A stretch of 64,000 nt of DNA from Macrostomum lignano (taxonomy: Eukaryota), in NCBI GenBank assembly GCA_002269645.1, contig NIVC01003601.1, positions 1 through 64,000 of the forward strand. The letters are read 5' to 3'. A model generated the notes under the pieces. It saw only the letters and a program-made list of their open reading frames with translations, made no database searches and was not told the origin of the DNA. The first letter of the stretch is position 1. Every line of letters starts with the position of its first letter. A program made the position numbers and the translations under genes. Shown piece after piece: positions 29,101 through 42,500 of the stretch.

Positions 29101-30506
29101 TTTTTCATCATCATCATCATTATCATCAGCGGCATCTTGTGGCGTGGCAATTAAATCATTTATCCGGCTGCGCCTTGGGGGTTGGGCAATTCTTGTACGA
29201 CTTGCCTCTGTTGTTTGAAGCCTTTTGGACCTCCACGCCGGCAGGATACAAAAAGAAAATAAAGAACAAGAAGCTTTAGGCCAGGGGTTTTTACACCCGA
29301 ATGGCCGCAAACATTTTTAGGGCCCGAATCTCTGAGGTTTGAATCTGAATTTTGCCTTATAATGAATTCATTAAGTTGGAAGTTTCAGCACTGAACGATA
29401 CTTTTATTTGGCAATGGAAACAAGTCTTTTATTTTGATTTTGGCGCCCTAAAATTCTTGTGTTAGCGCCCCAAACCCTAATTTCTGATTTTTTTGCCCCC
29501 CCCCACGAATTCCAAGTTTTGGCGCCCCTCCCAATTCCTGGCTTTGGCGCCCCCCCCCAATTCCTGGTTTTTGCGCCCCCAAATTCTAGTGTTAGCGCCC
29601 CAAACCTTAATTTCTGATTTTTTTGCCCCCCACCAATTCCTGGTTTTGGCGCCCCTCCCAATTCCTGGTTTTGCCCCCCCCAATTCTTGGTTTTGGCGCC
29701 TCCCCCCCCAATTCCTGGTTTTGGCGCCCCCCCCAATTCCTGGTTTTGGTGCCCCCATTCCTGGTTTTGGTGCCCCCCATTCCTGGTTTTGCCCCCCCCC
29801 AATTCCTGGTTTTGGTGCCCCCCCCAATTCCTGGTTTTGGCGCCCCTCCCAATTCCTGGTTTTGCCCCCCCCCCAATTCCTGGTTTTGGTGCCCCCCCCC
29901 ATTCCTGGTTTTGGCGCCCCCCCCAATTCCTGGTTTTGGTGCCCCCCCCATTCCTGGTTTTGGCGCCCCCCCCCCCAATTCCTGGTTTTGCCCCCCCCCA
30001 ATTCCTGATTTTGGTGCCCCCCCATTCCTGGTTTTGGCGCCCCCCCCAATTCCTGGTTTTGCCCCCCCCAATTCCTGGTTTTGGTGCCCCCCCATTCCTG
30101 GTTTTGGCGCCCCCCCCCCAATTCCTGGTTTTGCCCCCCCAATTCCTGGTTTTGGTGCCCCCCCCATTCCTGGTTTTGGCGCCCCCCCCCAATTCCTGGT
30201 TTTGGCGCCCCCCCCAATTCCTGGTTTTGGCGCCCCCCCCAATTCCTGGTTTTGGCGCCCCCCCCCGATTCCTGATGCTGGGGCAAATGTTAATTTTTAA
30301 GGTTATTTACCTATAAATGATGACTGTTGGCGTGTCGCAGTAACGGTCGGCCACTGCTGGCTTCAACCCACCGAACTATACCACTTTCTTTAACAACATC
30401 AATCACCCCGGTTTTCAACTTATATAGTTTACAACTTTTTTGTTGCAGGCACTGAATTTGAAAAAAATGATTTGTTCATAAACTTTGCTTGTGCGGCACT
30501 GTTGAG

Positions 30507-30538
<32 letters not shown>

Positions 30539-33500
30539 CAGGACAATGCAGATACGCGCATTATTCGGAAAGATTGTCAGAAATTGTCACTGCCAACAAC
30601 GATGATGACAAGAGAACAGCGGTCTAAAGTGTGTTACACAGATATATATATCATATATGTACAGCGCATATTGATTGATTACTGATATAAATGTCACGAT
30701 ATGCTAGAAGTGGTGTGCTGACCCTTCGGCCTGCATAGTAACTGAACGCAAGGCCACTAGAAACTTCGAAAGTGTGTATGTGTGCACGCATATAGATATT
30801 GATAGATAGATGAATTGTAGTAGTTTGGTCAGAAGAGATAAACCAGACGATAGGATAGATAGATCGGTAGATAGATAGAAACGGTGCTTACAAATTGTTT
30901 ATTACAACATCAATGAATTTACAGTGACTTCGCTAGTTCATAATTCAAATCAACTCCGTGAAGTTTCGTAGAACAGAATTCAAAGTCGGTTGCGAAAATC
31001 TACTAAAAAAATGGCCAAAGAGCCAAGATGAAGTATCTAAACCATTGCGAGATGAGAGAGGAATAGAGGGAATGGTGGAGAGAGACGGAGAAAGAGGAGA
31101 TGAAAAAATGGAGGATGATGGGGGATGAGAGTTGCGAGGAGAGAGTATATATATATAGTAAATAGGATTGCTATTGTGAAGTTTCAAATGACCCCTGCGA
31201 GGGCCGCATAGGGAGGCTTCGAGGACAGAATTTTTGTTAAGCAATAAACAATTTCCGTGGTCCCGTTTCTAAACTGTGAGAGACAGTGATCTAGATCTAA
31301 ACCAATGTTTGTGCGTTTTAAACATGTCAAGATTTAAAAAAAACTAAAGACAATGCTTATAGGCTGTCCATAGAAAATTTCTTATCTTAACCTGTTAATC
31401 TTAGTCTACTGACTGACCAGAAACCAATTTTTGGTTAGGTTTTTTTAAACTGTCTGTGAAAGTTTCAGTTTGCAGTGATGACACTTCTAACTTCCTATTG
31501 GCTCCCAGTTTACTCCTCTTGGCGCTCCTTTCACTCATTTTTGCGCCTCTTTCACTCATCTTGGCGCCTCTTTCACTCATCTTGGCGCCTCTTTCACTCA
31601 TCTTGGCGCCTCTTTCACTCATCTTGGTGCCCCTTTCACTCATCTTGGCGCCTCTTTCACTCATCTTCTATGCGCCTCTTTCACTCATCTTGGCGCCTCT
31701 TTCACTCATCTTGGCGCCTCTTTCACTCATCTTGGCGCAGCTTTCACTCATCTTCTATGCACCTCTTTCACTCATCTTGGCGCCTCTTTCACTCATCTTG
31801 GCGCCTCTTTCACTCATCTTCTATGCGCCTCTTTCACTCATCTTGGCGCCTCTTTCACTCATCTTGGCGCCTCTTTCACTCATCTTCTATGCGCCTCTTT
31901 CATTCATCTTGGCGCCTCTTTCACTCATCTTGGCGCCTCTTTCACTCATCTTGGCGCAGCTTTCACTCATCTTGGCGCAGCTTTCACTCATCTTGGCGCA
32001 GCTTTCACTCATCTTGGCGCAGCTTTCACTCATCTTCTATGCGCCTCTTTCATTCATCTTGGCGCTCCTTTCACTCATTTTTGCGCCCCTTTCACTCATC
32101 TTGGCGCCCCTTTCACTCATCTTGGCGCCCCTTTCACTCATCTTCTATGCGCCTCTTTCATTCATCTTGGCGCCTCTTTCACTCATCTTGGCGCAGCTTT
32201 CACTCATCTTGGCGCCTCTTTCACTCATCTTGGCGCCTCTTTCACTCATCTTGGCGCCTCTTTCACTCATCTTGGTGCCCCTTTCACTCATCTTGGCGCA
32301 GCTTTCACTCATCTTGGCGCCTCTTTCACTCATCTTGGCGCCTCTTTCACTCATCTTGGCGCAGCTTTCACTCATCTTGGCGCCTCTTTCACTCATCTTG
32401 GCGCCTCTTTCACTCATCTTGGCGCCTCTTTCACTCATCTTGGCGCAGCTTTCACTCATCTTCTATGCGCCTCTTTCACTCATCTTGGCGCAGCTTTCAC
32501 TCATCTTGGCGCAGCTTTCACTCATCTTGGCGCAGCTTTCACTCATCTTGGCGCAGCTTTCACTCATCTTGGCGCAGCTTTCACTCATCTTCTATGCGCC
32601 TCTTTCACTCATCTTGGCGCAGCTTTCACTCATCTTCTATGCGCCTCTTTCATTCATCTTGGCGCTCCTTTCACTCATTTTTGCGCCCCTTTCACTCATC
32701 TTGGCGCCCCTTTCACTCATCTTTTATGCACACCTTTCTTGAATGAAATCTTGGCGCCTTTTCACATATCTATATCTTGGCACCCCTTTTAACTTAGTCA
32801 GTATCCCTTCCAGTCATCGTCACTTATATTTATTGAATCGAACTTGGTTAGAAAATGAAATTAGCATAAAAAACGCTTGCTGCTTTAATTCCGTCTTTTA
32901 ACAAGTTGTCTAACAATTTTTTTGTGCTTGCAATCTTGAAAGGCAAGGGAAGACAAACCCACACGGGAGAGGGGTTGGGTCGTTCGATGGCGCTCTTATT
33001 GGTCGGTTGAATTTAATAATTCCGCCGCCCCCTCCCGCGGCATATCTGACCCAGCAGCCAGCCCCAATCAAATCAAACAGATTTTTAGTATCTCTGTTTT
33101 CATTGAAACATCAATAAAATCTCCACTTTTGAAAACTTTTAAAGCGCGAGTCTGAGATTAGATACGGGGTGGGAAAAGAGATGAGAGAGAAGGGAGGAGG
33201 ATGAGGGCACACCATATCCCAAAAGCGCTGACTCGGTAAATGTACACGAAGTCATTTTAAAAAGTTTTGCTTGCGTATATTTTAGATTCTCAATTCTTTC
33301 TCAGGGTGAAAAAAACAAGGGGAACGGAGAAGGAGAGTAGGAGGAAGAGGGAGAAGGGGGGTGAGGGGAGAGGGAGAGGGAGACGGAGAATGAGGGGAGA
33401 GGAGAGGGAGACGGAGAGTGAGGGGAGAGGGAGAGGGAGACGGAGAGTGAGGGAGAGGGATTTTGACTCTTGGATTTGAGTAAATCTGAAGCGGAGCGAG

Positions 33501-36500
33501 CGAACATAGAGTAAATTGAACAAAGAGCTACCGTGTCCTGATAAATGAGGGAGACCAAGTAAAATGGAATGGGAAAAACGATCATGACAAATCAAAGCAC
33601 CAGCCCTTGCTTTTTTCCCGGCTGCATTTAGCAATCCTCAAATTTCCAACCATCCAATTCAGCTTCACGCGAAAAAACACAAATTGTTTCTAAAATACTC
33701 AAAATTTCTGGTTGATGGTCTGCTGGGCTGTTCGCGGCTCCCAGACTCCGGCACACTTGGTTGCGGTTGATTTGGCCAACAAGGATGCGTTCAGTATATA
33801 TATGCCTATGACTATTAATATTGAAAAGCATGCAGGCAAAACAAGGGTGGGCTTCTCAGAAGAAAAAAGCTAATATTCTCGTGCTCAACTCTGCATCTGC
33901 AGGAGTGAAAAGAGTTTTTTTCTCTTAAACGAAGCTGCCTCTCAGAGCCTGAGTCCACTTGAGCTCATTCGGGGGAGTGGCTGAGCTATCTTCACTAACA
34001 ATAGGAACATCTACTGACATTCTTGCATTGCGATTGTCTAACAACAACTTCGTACACACATCTCAGTCTCCACTTCAGCCAATCTGCTAATAAGACATGT
34101 GACTGATGTGAGTGACACCACAAGGATTTCTCTACTGCAGTCAGGCCAACAAGCCTTGTGGCTAGGAGTTGAACCTTGCCAACAACAGTTTTGCTAGAAG
34201 AACTCTTCGTAGAGAGTCGTAGAAAACTTAATACAACAAGGACCATGACACATCAGGTTTATTTTGGCACCCTGAATTCGAACCAAGCTGAATGCAATTT
34301 ATCTCTACTTTTAAGTTTCATATTTTCTGTAGTTCATATTTTATGTGAAGCAGCAATCTTATTATAATTATTGGGACTCTCTGGATGTCAGTAATTCCAT
34401 CAAGTTTAAGCAATCTGTTAACATGGAGTCTGCAGACAGGAGCGTCGCCATGGATTTTGAGGTGGGAGGAGGGAGGAGGAGCCGAAGGCACTCATTTTGG
34501 CGTCGCAGGCACTCATTTTGGCGTCGCAGGCACTCATTTTGGCGTCGCAGGCACTCATTTTAGCGTCGCAGGCACTCATTTTAGCGTCGCAGGCACTCAT
34601 TTTGGCGCCGCAGGCACTTATTTTAGCGCCGCAGGCACTCATTTTGGCGCCGCAGGCACTCATATTAGCGCCGCAGGCATTCATATTAGCGCCGCAGGCA
34701 CTCATTTTAGCGCCGCAGGCACTCATTTTAGCGTCGCAGGCACTCATTTTGGCGCCGCAGGCACTTATTTTAGCGCCGCAGGCACTCATTTTAGCGCCGC
34801 AGGGACTCATATTAGCGCCGCAGGCACTCATTTTAGCGCCGCAGGCACTCATTTTAGCGCCGCAAGCGTTCATTTTGGCGCCAAAGGCACTCATTTTAGC
34901 GCCGCAGGCACTCATTTTAGCGCCGCAAGCGTTCATTTTGGCGCCAAAGGCACTCATTTTAGCGCCGCAAGCGTTCATTTTGGCGCCAAAGGCACTCATT
35001 TTAGCGCCGCAGGCACTCATTTTAGCGCCGCAGGCACTCATTTTGGCGCCGCAGGCACTTATTTTAGCGCCGCAGGCACTCATTTTGGCGCCGCAGGCAC
35101 TCATATTAGCGCCGCAGGCATTCATATTAGCGCCGTAGGCACTCATTTTAGCGCCGCAGGCACTCATTTTAGCGCCGCAGGCACTCATTTTAGCGCCGCA
35201 GGCACTCATTTTGGCGCCGCAGGCACTTATTTTAGCGCCGCAGGCACTCATTTTGGCGCCGCAGGCACTCATATTAGCGCCGCAGGCATTCATATTAGCG
35301 CCGTAGGCACTCATTTTAGAGCCGCAGGCACTCATTTTAGCGCCGCAGGCACTCATTTTAGCGCCGCAAGCGTTCATTTTGGCGCCAAAGGCACTCATTT
35401 TAGCGCCGCAGGCACTCATTTTAGCGCCGCAGGCACTCATTTTGGCGCCGCAGGCACTTATTTTAGCGCCGCAGGCACTCATTTTGGCGCCGCAGGCACT
35501 CATATTAGCGCCGCAGGCATTCATATTAGCGCCGTAGGCACTCATTTTAGAGCCGCAGGCACTCATTTTAGCGCCGCAGGCACTCATTTTAGCGCCGCAA
35601 GCGTTCATTTTGGCGCCAAAGGCACTCATTTTAGCGCCGCAGGCACTCATTTTAGCGCCGCAGGCACTCATTTTGGCGCCGCAGGCACTTATTTTAGCGC
35701 CGCAGGCACTCATTTTGGCGCCGCAGGCACTCATATTAGCGCCGCAGGCACTCATTTTGGCGCCGCAGGCACTCATATTAGCGCCGCAGGCATTCATATT
35801 AGCGCCGTAGGCACTCATTTTAGCGCCACAGGCACTCATTTTAGCGCCGCAGGCACTCATTTTAGCGCCGCAAGCGTTCATTTTGGCGCCACAGGCACTC
35901 ATTTTAGCGCCGCAGGCACTCATTTTAGCGCCGCAGGCACTCATTTTGGCGCCGCAGGCACTCATATTAGCGCCGCAGGCATTCATATTAGCGCCGCAGG
36001 CACTCATTTTAGCGCCGCAGGCACTCATTTTAGCGCCGCAGGCACTCATTTTAGCGCCGCAAGCGTTCATTTTGGCGCCAAAGGCACTCATTTTAGCGCC
36101 GCAAGCGTTCATTTTGGCGCCAAAGGCACTCATTTTAGCGCCGCAGGCACTCATTTTAGCGCCGCAGGCACTCATTTTGGCGCCGCAGGCACTTATTTTA
36201 GCGCCGCAGGCACTCATTTTGGCGCCGCAGGCACTCATATTAGCGCCGCAGGCATTCATATTAGCGCCGTAGGCACTCATTTTAGCGCCACAGGCACTCA
36301 TTTTAGCGCCGCAGGCACTCATTTTAGCGCCGCAAGCGTTCATTTTGGCGCCAAAGGCACTCATTTTAGCGCCGCAGGCACTCATTTTAGCGCCGCAGGC
36401 ACTCATTTTGGCGCCGCAGGCACTTATTTTAGCGCCGCAGGCACTCATTTTGGCGCCGCAGGCACTCATATTAGCGCCGCAGGCATTCATATTAGCGCCG

Positions 36501-39500
36501 TAGGCACTCATTTTAGAGCCGCAGGCACTCATTTTAGCGCCGCAGGCACTCATTTTAGCGCCGCAAGCGTTCATTTTGGCGCCAAAGGCACTCATTTTAG
36601 CGCCGCAGGCACTCATTTTAGCGCCGCAGGCACTCATTTTGGCGCCGCAGGCACTTATTTTAGCGCCGCAGGCACTCATTTTGGCGCCGCAGGCACTCAT
36701 ATTAGCGCCGCAGGCATTCATATTAGCGCCGTAGGCACTCATTTTAGAGCCGCAGGCACTCATTTTAGCGCCGCAGGCACTCATTTTAGCGCCGCAAGCG
36801 TTCATTTTGGCGCCAAAGGCACTCATTTTAGCGCCGCAGGCACTCATTTTAGCGCCGCAAGCGTTCATTTTGGCGCTAAAGGCACTCATTTTAGCGCCGC
36901 AAGCGTTCATTTTGGCGCCAAAGGCACTCATTTTAGCGCCGCAGGCACTCATTTTAGCGCCGCAGGCACTCATTTTGGCGCCGCAGGCACTTATTTTAGC
37001 GCCGCAGGCACTCATTTTGGCGCCGCAGGCACTCATATTAGCGCCGCAGGCATTCATATTAGCGCCGTAGGCACTCATTTTAGCGCCACAGGCACTCATT
37101 TTAGCGCCGCAGGCACTCATTTTAGCGCCGCAAGCGTTCATTTTGGCGCCAAAGGCACTCATTTTAGCGCCGCAGGCACTCATTTTAGCGCCGCAGGCAC
37201 TCATTTTAGCGCCGCAGGCACTCATTTTGGCGCCGCAGGCACTCATATTAGCGCCGCAGGCATTCATATTAGCGCCGCAGGCACTCATTTTAGCGCCGCA
37301 GGCACTCATTTTAGCGCCGCAGGCACTCATTTTAGCGCCGCAAGCGTTCATTTTGGCGCCAAAGGCACTCATTTTAGCGCCGCAAGCGTTCATTTTGGCG
37401 CCAAAGGCACTCATTTTAGCGCCGCAGGCACTCATTTTAGCGCCGCAGGCACTCATTTTGGCGCCGCAGGCACTTATTTTAGCGCCGCAGGCACTCATTT
37501 TGGCGCCGCAGGCACTCATATTAGCGCCGCAGGCATTCATATTAGCGCCGTAGGCACTCATTTTAGCGCCACAGGCACTCATTTTAGCGCCGCAGGCACT
37601 CATTTTAGCGCCGCAAGCGTTCATTTTGGCGCCAAAGGCACTCATTTTAGCGCCGCAGGCACTCATTTTAGCGCCGCAGGCACTCATTTTGGCGCCGCAG
37701 GCACTTATTTTAGCGCCGCAGGCACTCATTTTGGCGCCGCAGGCACTCATATTAGCGCCGCAGGCATTCATATTAGCGCCGTAGGCACTCATTTTAGAGC
37801 CGCAGGCACTCATTTTAGCGCCGCAGGCACTCATTTTAGCGCCGCAAGCGTTCATTTTGGCGCCAAAGGCACTCATTTTAGCGCCGCAGGCACTCATTTT
37901 AGCGCCGCAAGCGTTCATTTTGGCGCTAAAGGCACTCATTTTAGCGCCGCAAGCGTTCATTTTGGCGCCAAAGGCACTCATTTTAGCGCCGCAGGCACTC
38001 ATTTTAGCGCCGCAGGCACTCATTTTGGCGCCGCAGGCACTTATTTTAGCGCCGCAGGCACTCATTTTGGCGCCGCAGGCACTCATATTAGCGCCGCAGG
38101 CATTCATATTAGCGCCGTAGGCACTCATTTTAGCGCCACAGGCACTCATTTTAGCGCCGCAGGCACTCATTTTAGCGCCGCAAGCGTTCATTTTGGCGCC
38201 AAAGGCACTCATTTTAGCGCCGCAGGCACTCATTTTAGCGCCGCAGGCACTCATTTTGGCGCCGCAGGCACTTATTTTAGCGCCGCAGGCACTCATTTTG
38301 GCGCCGCAGGCACTCATATTAGCGCCGCAGGCATTCATATTAGCGCCGTAGGCACTCATTTTAGAGCCGCAGGCACTCATTTTAGCGCCGCAGGCACTCA
38401 TTTTAGCGCCGCAAGCGTTCATTTTGGCGCCAAAGGCACTCATTTTAGCGCCGCAGGCACTCATTTTAGCGCCGCAGGCACTCATTTTGGCGCCGCAGGC
38501 ACTTATTTTAGCGCCGCAGGCACTCATTTTGGCGCCGCAGGCACTTATTTTAGCGCCGCAGGCACTCATTTTGGCGCCGCAGGCACTCATATTAGCGCCG
38601 CAGGCATTCATATTAGCGCCGTAGGCACTCATTTTAGAGCCGCAGGCACTCATTTTAGCGCCGCAGGCACTCATTTTAGCGCCGCAAGCGTTCATTTTGG
38701 CGCAAAGGCACTCATTTTAGCGCCGCAGGCACTCATTTTAGCGCCGCAGGCACTCATTTTGGCGCCGCAGGCACTTATTTTAGCGCCGCAGGCACTCATT
38801 TTGGCGCCGCAGGCACTCATATTAGCGCCGCAGGCACTCATTTTGGCGCCGCAGGCACTCATATTAGCGCCGCAGGCATTCATATTAGCGCCGTAGGCAC
38901 TCATTTTAGCGCCACAGGCACTCATTTTAGCGCCGCAGGCACTCATATTAGCGCCGCAGGCATTCATATTAGCGCCGCAGGCACTCATTTTAGCGCCGCA
39001 GGCACTCATTTTAGCGCCGCAGGCACTCATTTTGGCGCCGCAGGCACTTATTTTAGCGCCGCAGGCACTCATTTTGGCGCCGCAGGCACTCATATTAGCG
39101 CCGCAGGCACTCATTTTGGCGCCGCAGGCACTCATATTAGCGCCGCAGGCATTCATATTAGCGCCGTAGGCACTCATTTTAGCGCCACAGGCACTCATTT
39201 TGGCGCCGCAGGCACTCATATTAGCGCCGCAGGCATTCATATTAGCGCCGCAGGCACTCATTTTAGCGCCGCAGGCACTCATTTTAGCGCCGCAGGCACT
39301 CATTTTAGCGCCGCAAGCGTTCATTTTGGCGCCAAAGGCACTCATTTTAGCGCCGCAAGCGTTCATTTTGGCGCCAAAGGCACTCATTTTAGCGCCGCAG
39401 GCACTCATTTTAGCGCCGCAGGCACTCATTTTGGCGCCGCAGGCACTTATTTTAGCGCCGCAGGCACTCATTTTGGCGCCGCAGGCACTCATATTAGCGC

Positions 39501-42500
39501 CGCAGGCATTCATATTAGCGCCGTAGGCACTCATTTTAGCGCCACAGGCACTCATTTTAGCGCCGCAGGCACTCATTTTAGCGCCGCAAGCGTTCATTTT
39601 GGCGCCAAAGGCACTCATTTTAGCGCCGCAGGCACTCATTTTAGCGCCGCAGGCACTCATTTTGGCGCCGCAGGCACTTATTTTAGCGCCGCAGGCACTC
39701 ATTTTGGCGCCGCAGGCACTCATATTAGCGCCGCAGGCATTCATATTAGCGCCGTAGGCACTCATTTTAGAGCCGCAGGCACTCATTTTAGCGCCGCAGG
39801 CACTCATTTTAGCGCCGCAAGCGTTCATTTTGGCGCCAAAGGCACTCATTTTAGCGCCGCAGGCACTCATTTTAGCGCCGCAGGCACTCATTTTGGCGCC
39901 GCAGGCACTTATTTTAGCGCCGCAGGCACTCATTTTGGCGCCGCAGGCACTCATATTAGCGCCGCAGGCATTCATATTAGCGCCGTAGGCACTCATTTTA
40001 GAGCCGCAGGCACTCATTTTAGCGCCGCAGGCACTCATTTTAGCGCCGCAAGCGTTCATTTTGGCGCCAAAGGCACTCATTTTAGCGCCGCAGGCACTCA
40101 TTTTAGCGCCGCAGGCACTCATTTTGGCGCCGCAGGCACTTATTTTAGCGCCGCAGGCACTCATTTTGGCGCCGCAGGCACTCATATTTGCGCCGCAGGC
40201 ACTCATTTTGGCGCCGCAGGCACTCATTTTAGCGCCGCAGGCATTCATATTAGCGCCGTAGGCACTCATTTTAGCGCCACAGGCACTCATTTTAGCGCCG
40301 CAGGCACTCATTTTAGCGCCGCAAGCGTTCATTTTGGCGCCACAGGCACTTATTTTAGCGCCGCAGGCACTCATTTTGGCGCCGCAGGCACTCATATTTG
40401 CGCCGCAGGCACTCATTTTGGCGCCGCAGGCACTCATTTTAGCGCCGCAGGCATTCATATTAGCGCCGCAAGCGTTCATTTTAGCGCCACAGGCACTCAT
40501 TTTAGCGCCGCAGGCACTCATTTTAGCGCCGCAGGCACTCATTTTGGCGCCGCAGGCACTCATATTAGCGCCGCAGGCACTTATTTTGGCGCCGCAGGCA
40601 CTCATATTAGCGCCGCAGGCATTCATATTAGCGCCGTAGGCACTCATTTTAGCGCCACAGGCACTCATTTTAGTGCCACAGGCACTCATTTTAGCGCCGC
40701 AGGCACTCATTTTAGCGCCGCAGGCACTCATTTTGGCGCCGCAGTCACTCATATTAGCGCCGCAAGCGTTCATTTTGGCGCCACAGGCGCTATATATTGT
40801 CGCCCTGAAGCAAAATGATTGATTTCCATAACGGGTCCCAAGATGGTTTGGGGAGGACAAAGCATTAGCATGTCCCCCATAGCTTTTGTACTGGGCCCCT
40901 GTCTGCAGACTTTTGCAGACTTCTGGGTCATTTACTGATTCTGAATTTGGACCCAGAATTTCAAAATGGCACAGCGATTCTGACGCTTTAAAAACCAGGC
41001 TTAATCTCCCCCCCCTCACACATGGCGCCCCACCTTTCTCAGGGATGATAAACATGTGTTTTTTGTCTTTCCACAAAATTCAGCTCAAGTTTTCCCAGTT
41101 CCACAGAATATATCAATTTAGCAAGCTTGCACGCAGCTGGGCAAGCAGAAACAGTCGCCGAAGACAATGCAGGGGAGAAATCAACCCATGGCAGGCACCC
41201 AAGCTGCAGACAGATTTCAATTTGCTTGCAGATATTTTCCCTTCCCACTAAGCTGTATAAGCAGAGTGATATTTAGAAGATTCTCAAGTGTGCATAGTGT
41301 TAGCTTGCATCATGGTGACGAGGTCGGGTGAGCAGAGACAGGAGCGTTGCAGCTATTAAAAATTATTAGAAACAACGAATACGAAATTTAATCGCCCCAG
41401 AACCAACACCTTGCGCGCGTGCTTTGTATGCACAGTTGGCTTTTTTGCCGAAGCCATGCAGCATCAACAGAGATTGTTGAAGCTCCTGCACATCTGTTTT
41501 GATTCTTTTTTCCAATTCTGACAAGACAAAGCAAAATGAGTACCCGAGAATCGGAACGTATTTGTTAGTTGGATGGAAGTAATTAGGCCACGAATTTCAG
41601 CCATGCACGAATCACAGTGTTATGATGATCACAGTTTAAAAACCTCATCACCTAAGAATCTTTCTTCGAGAATCACACTTTAGAAGGTACATCTTAAAGA
41701 ATCACACCTTGAGAATCACAACTTAAGAATCATACCTTGAGAATCACACCTTAAGAATCACACCTTGAGAATCACACCTTAAGAATGACACTTTGAGAAT
41801 CACACACCTTAAAAATCACACTTTGAGAATCACATCTTGAGAATCACACCTTGAGAATCATACCTTGAGAATCATACCTTGAGAATCACACCTTAAGAAT
41901 CACACCTTGAGAATCACACCTTGAGAATCACATCTTGAGAATCACACCTTGAGAATCACATCTTGAGAATCACACCTTGAGAATCACACCTTGAGAATCA
42001 CACCTTGAGAATCACACCTTGAGAATCACACCTTGAGAATCACACATTAAGAATCACACTTTGAGAATCATATCTTAAGAATCACACTTTAAGAATCACA
42101 CCTTGAGAATCACACATTAAGAATCACACTTTGAGAATCACACCTTAAGAATGACACTTTGAGAATCACATCTTAAGAATGACACTTTGAGAATCACATC
42201 TTCAGAATCACAACTTGAGAATCAAACCTTGAGAATCACACATTAAGAATCACACCTTTAGAAACACCTTGAGAGTCACACTTAAAGAATTACACTTAAA
42301 GAATCACACCTTGAGAATCACACCTTGAGAATCACACCTTAAGAATCACACCTTGAGAATCACACCTTAAGAACCAAACCCTGAGAATCACACATTGAGA
42401 ATCACTTCTGAAGAATCGAACCGATACATGTATATATGTAAGAAGTCGACAAAGTTAATTTGAAATTTATCACCCACAATACCTCAGCCAAAAACGGAAG

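Noticed and set aside
34385-41076. Giant ORFs (1503 aa GTHFSAA, 1425 and 794 aa MSACGAK, many ALILAPQ) as a nested repetitive protein gene
   Set aside because: A stop-free 21-bp unit is open in several frames on both strands by construction. Variants are mostly non-synonymous in the two long frames; the apparent synonymous bias in the ALILAPQ frame (about 6 of 15 changes) is weak and that frame has a TAG in each higher-order unit. No signal peptide or credible splice context.
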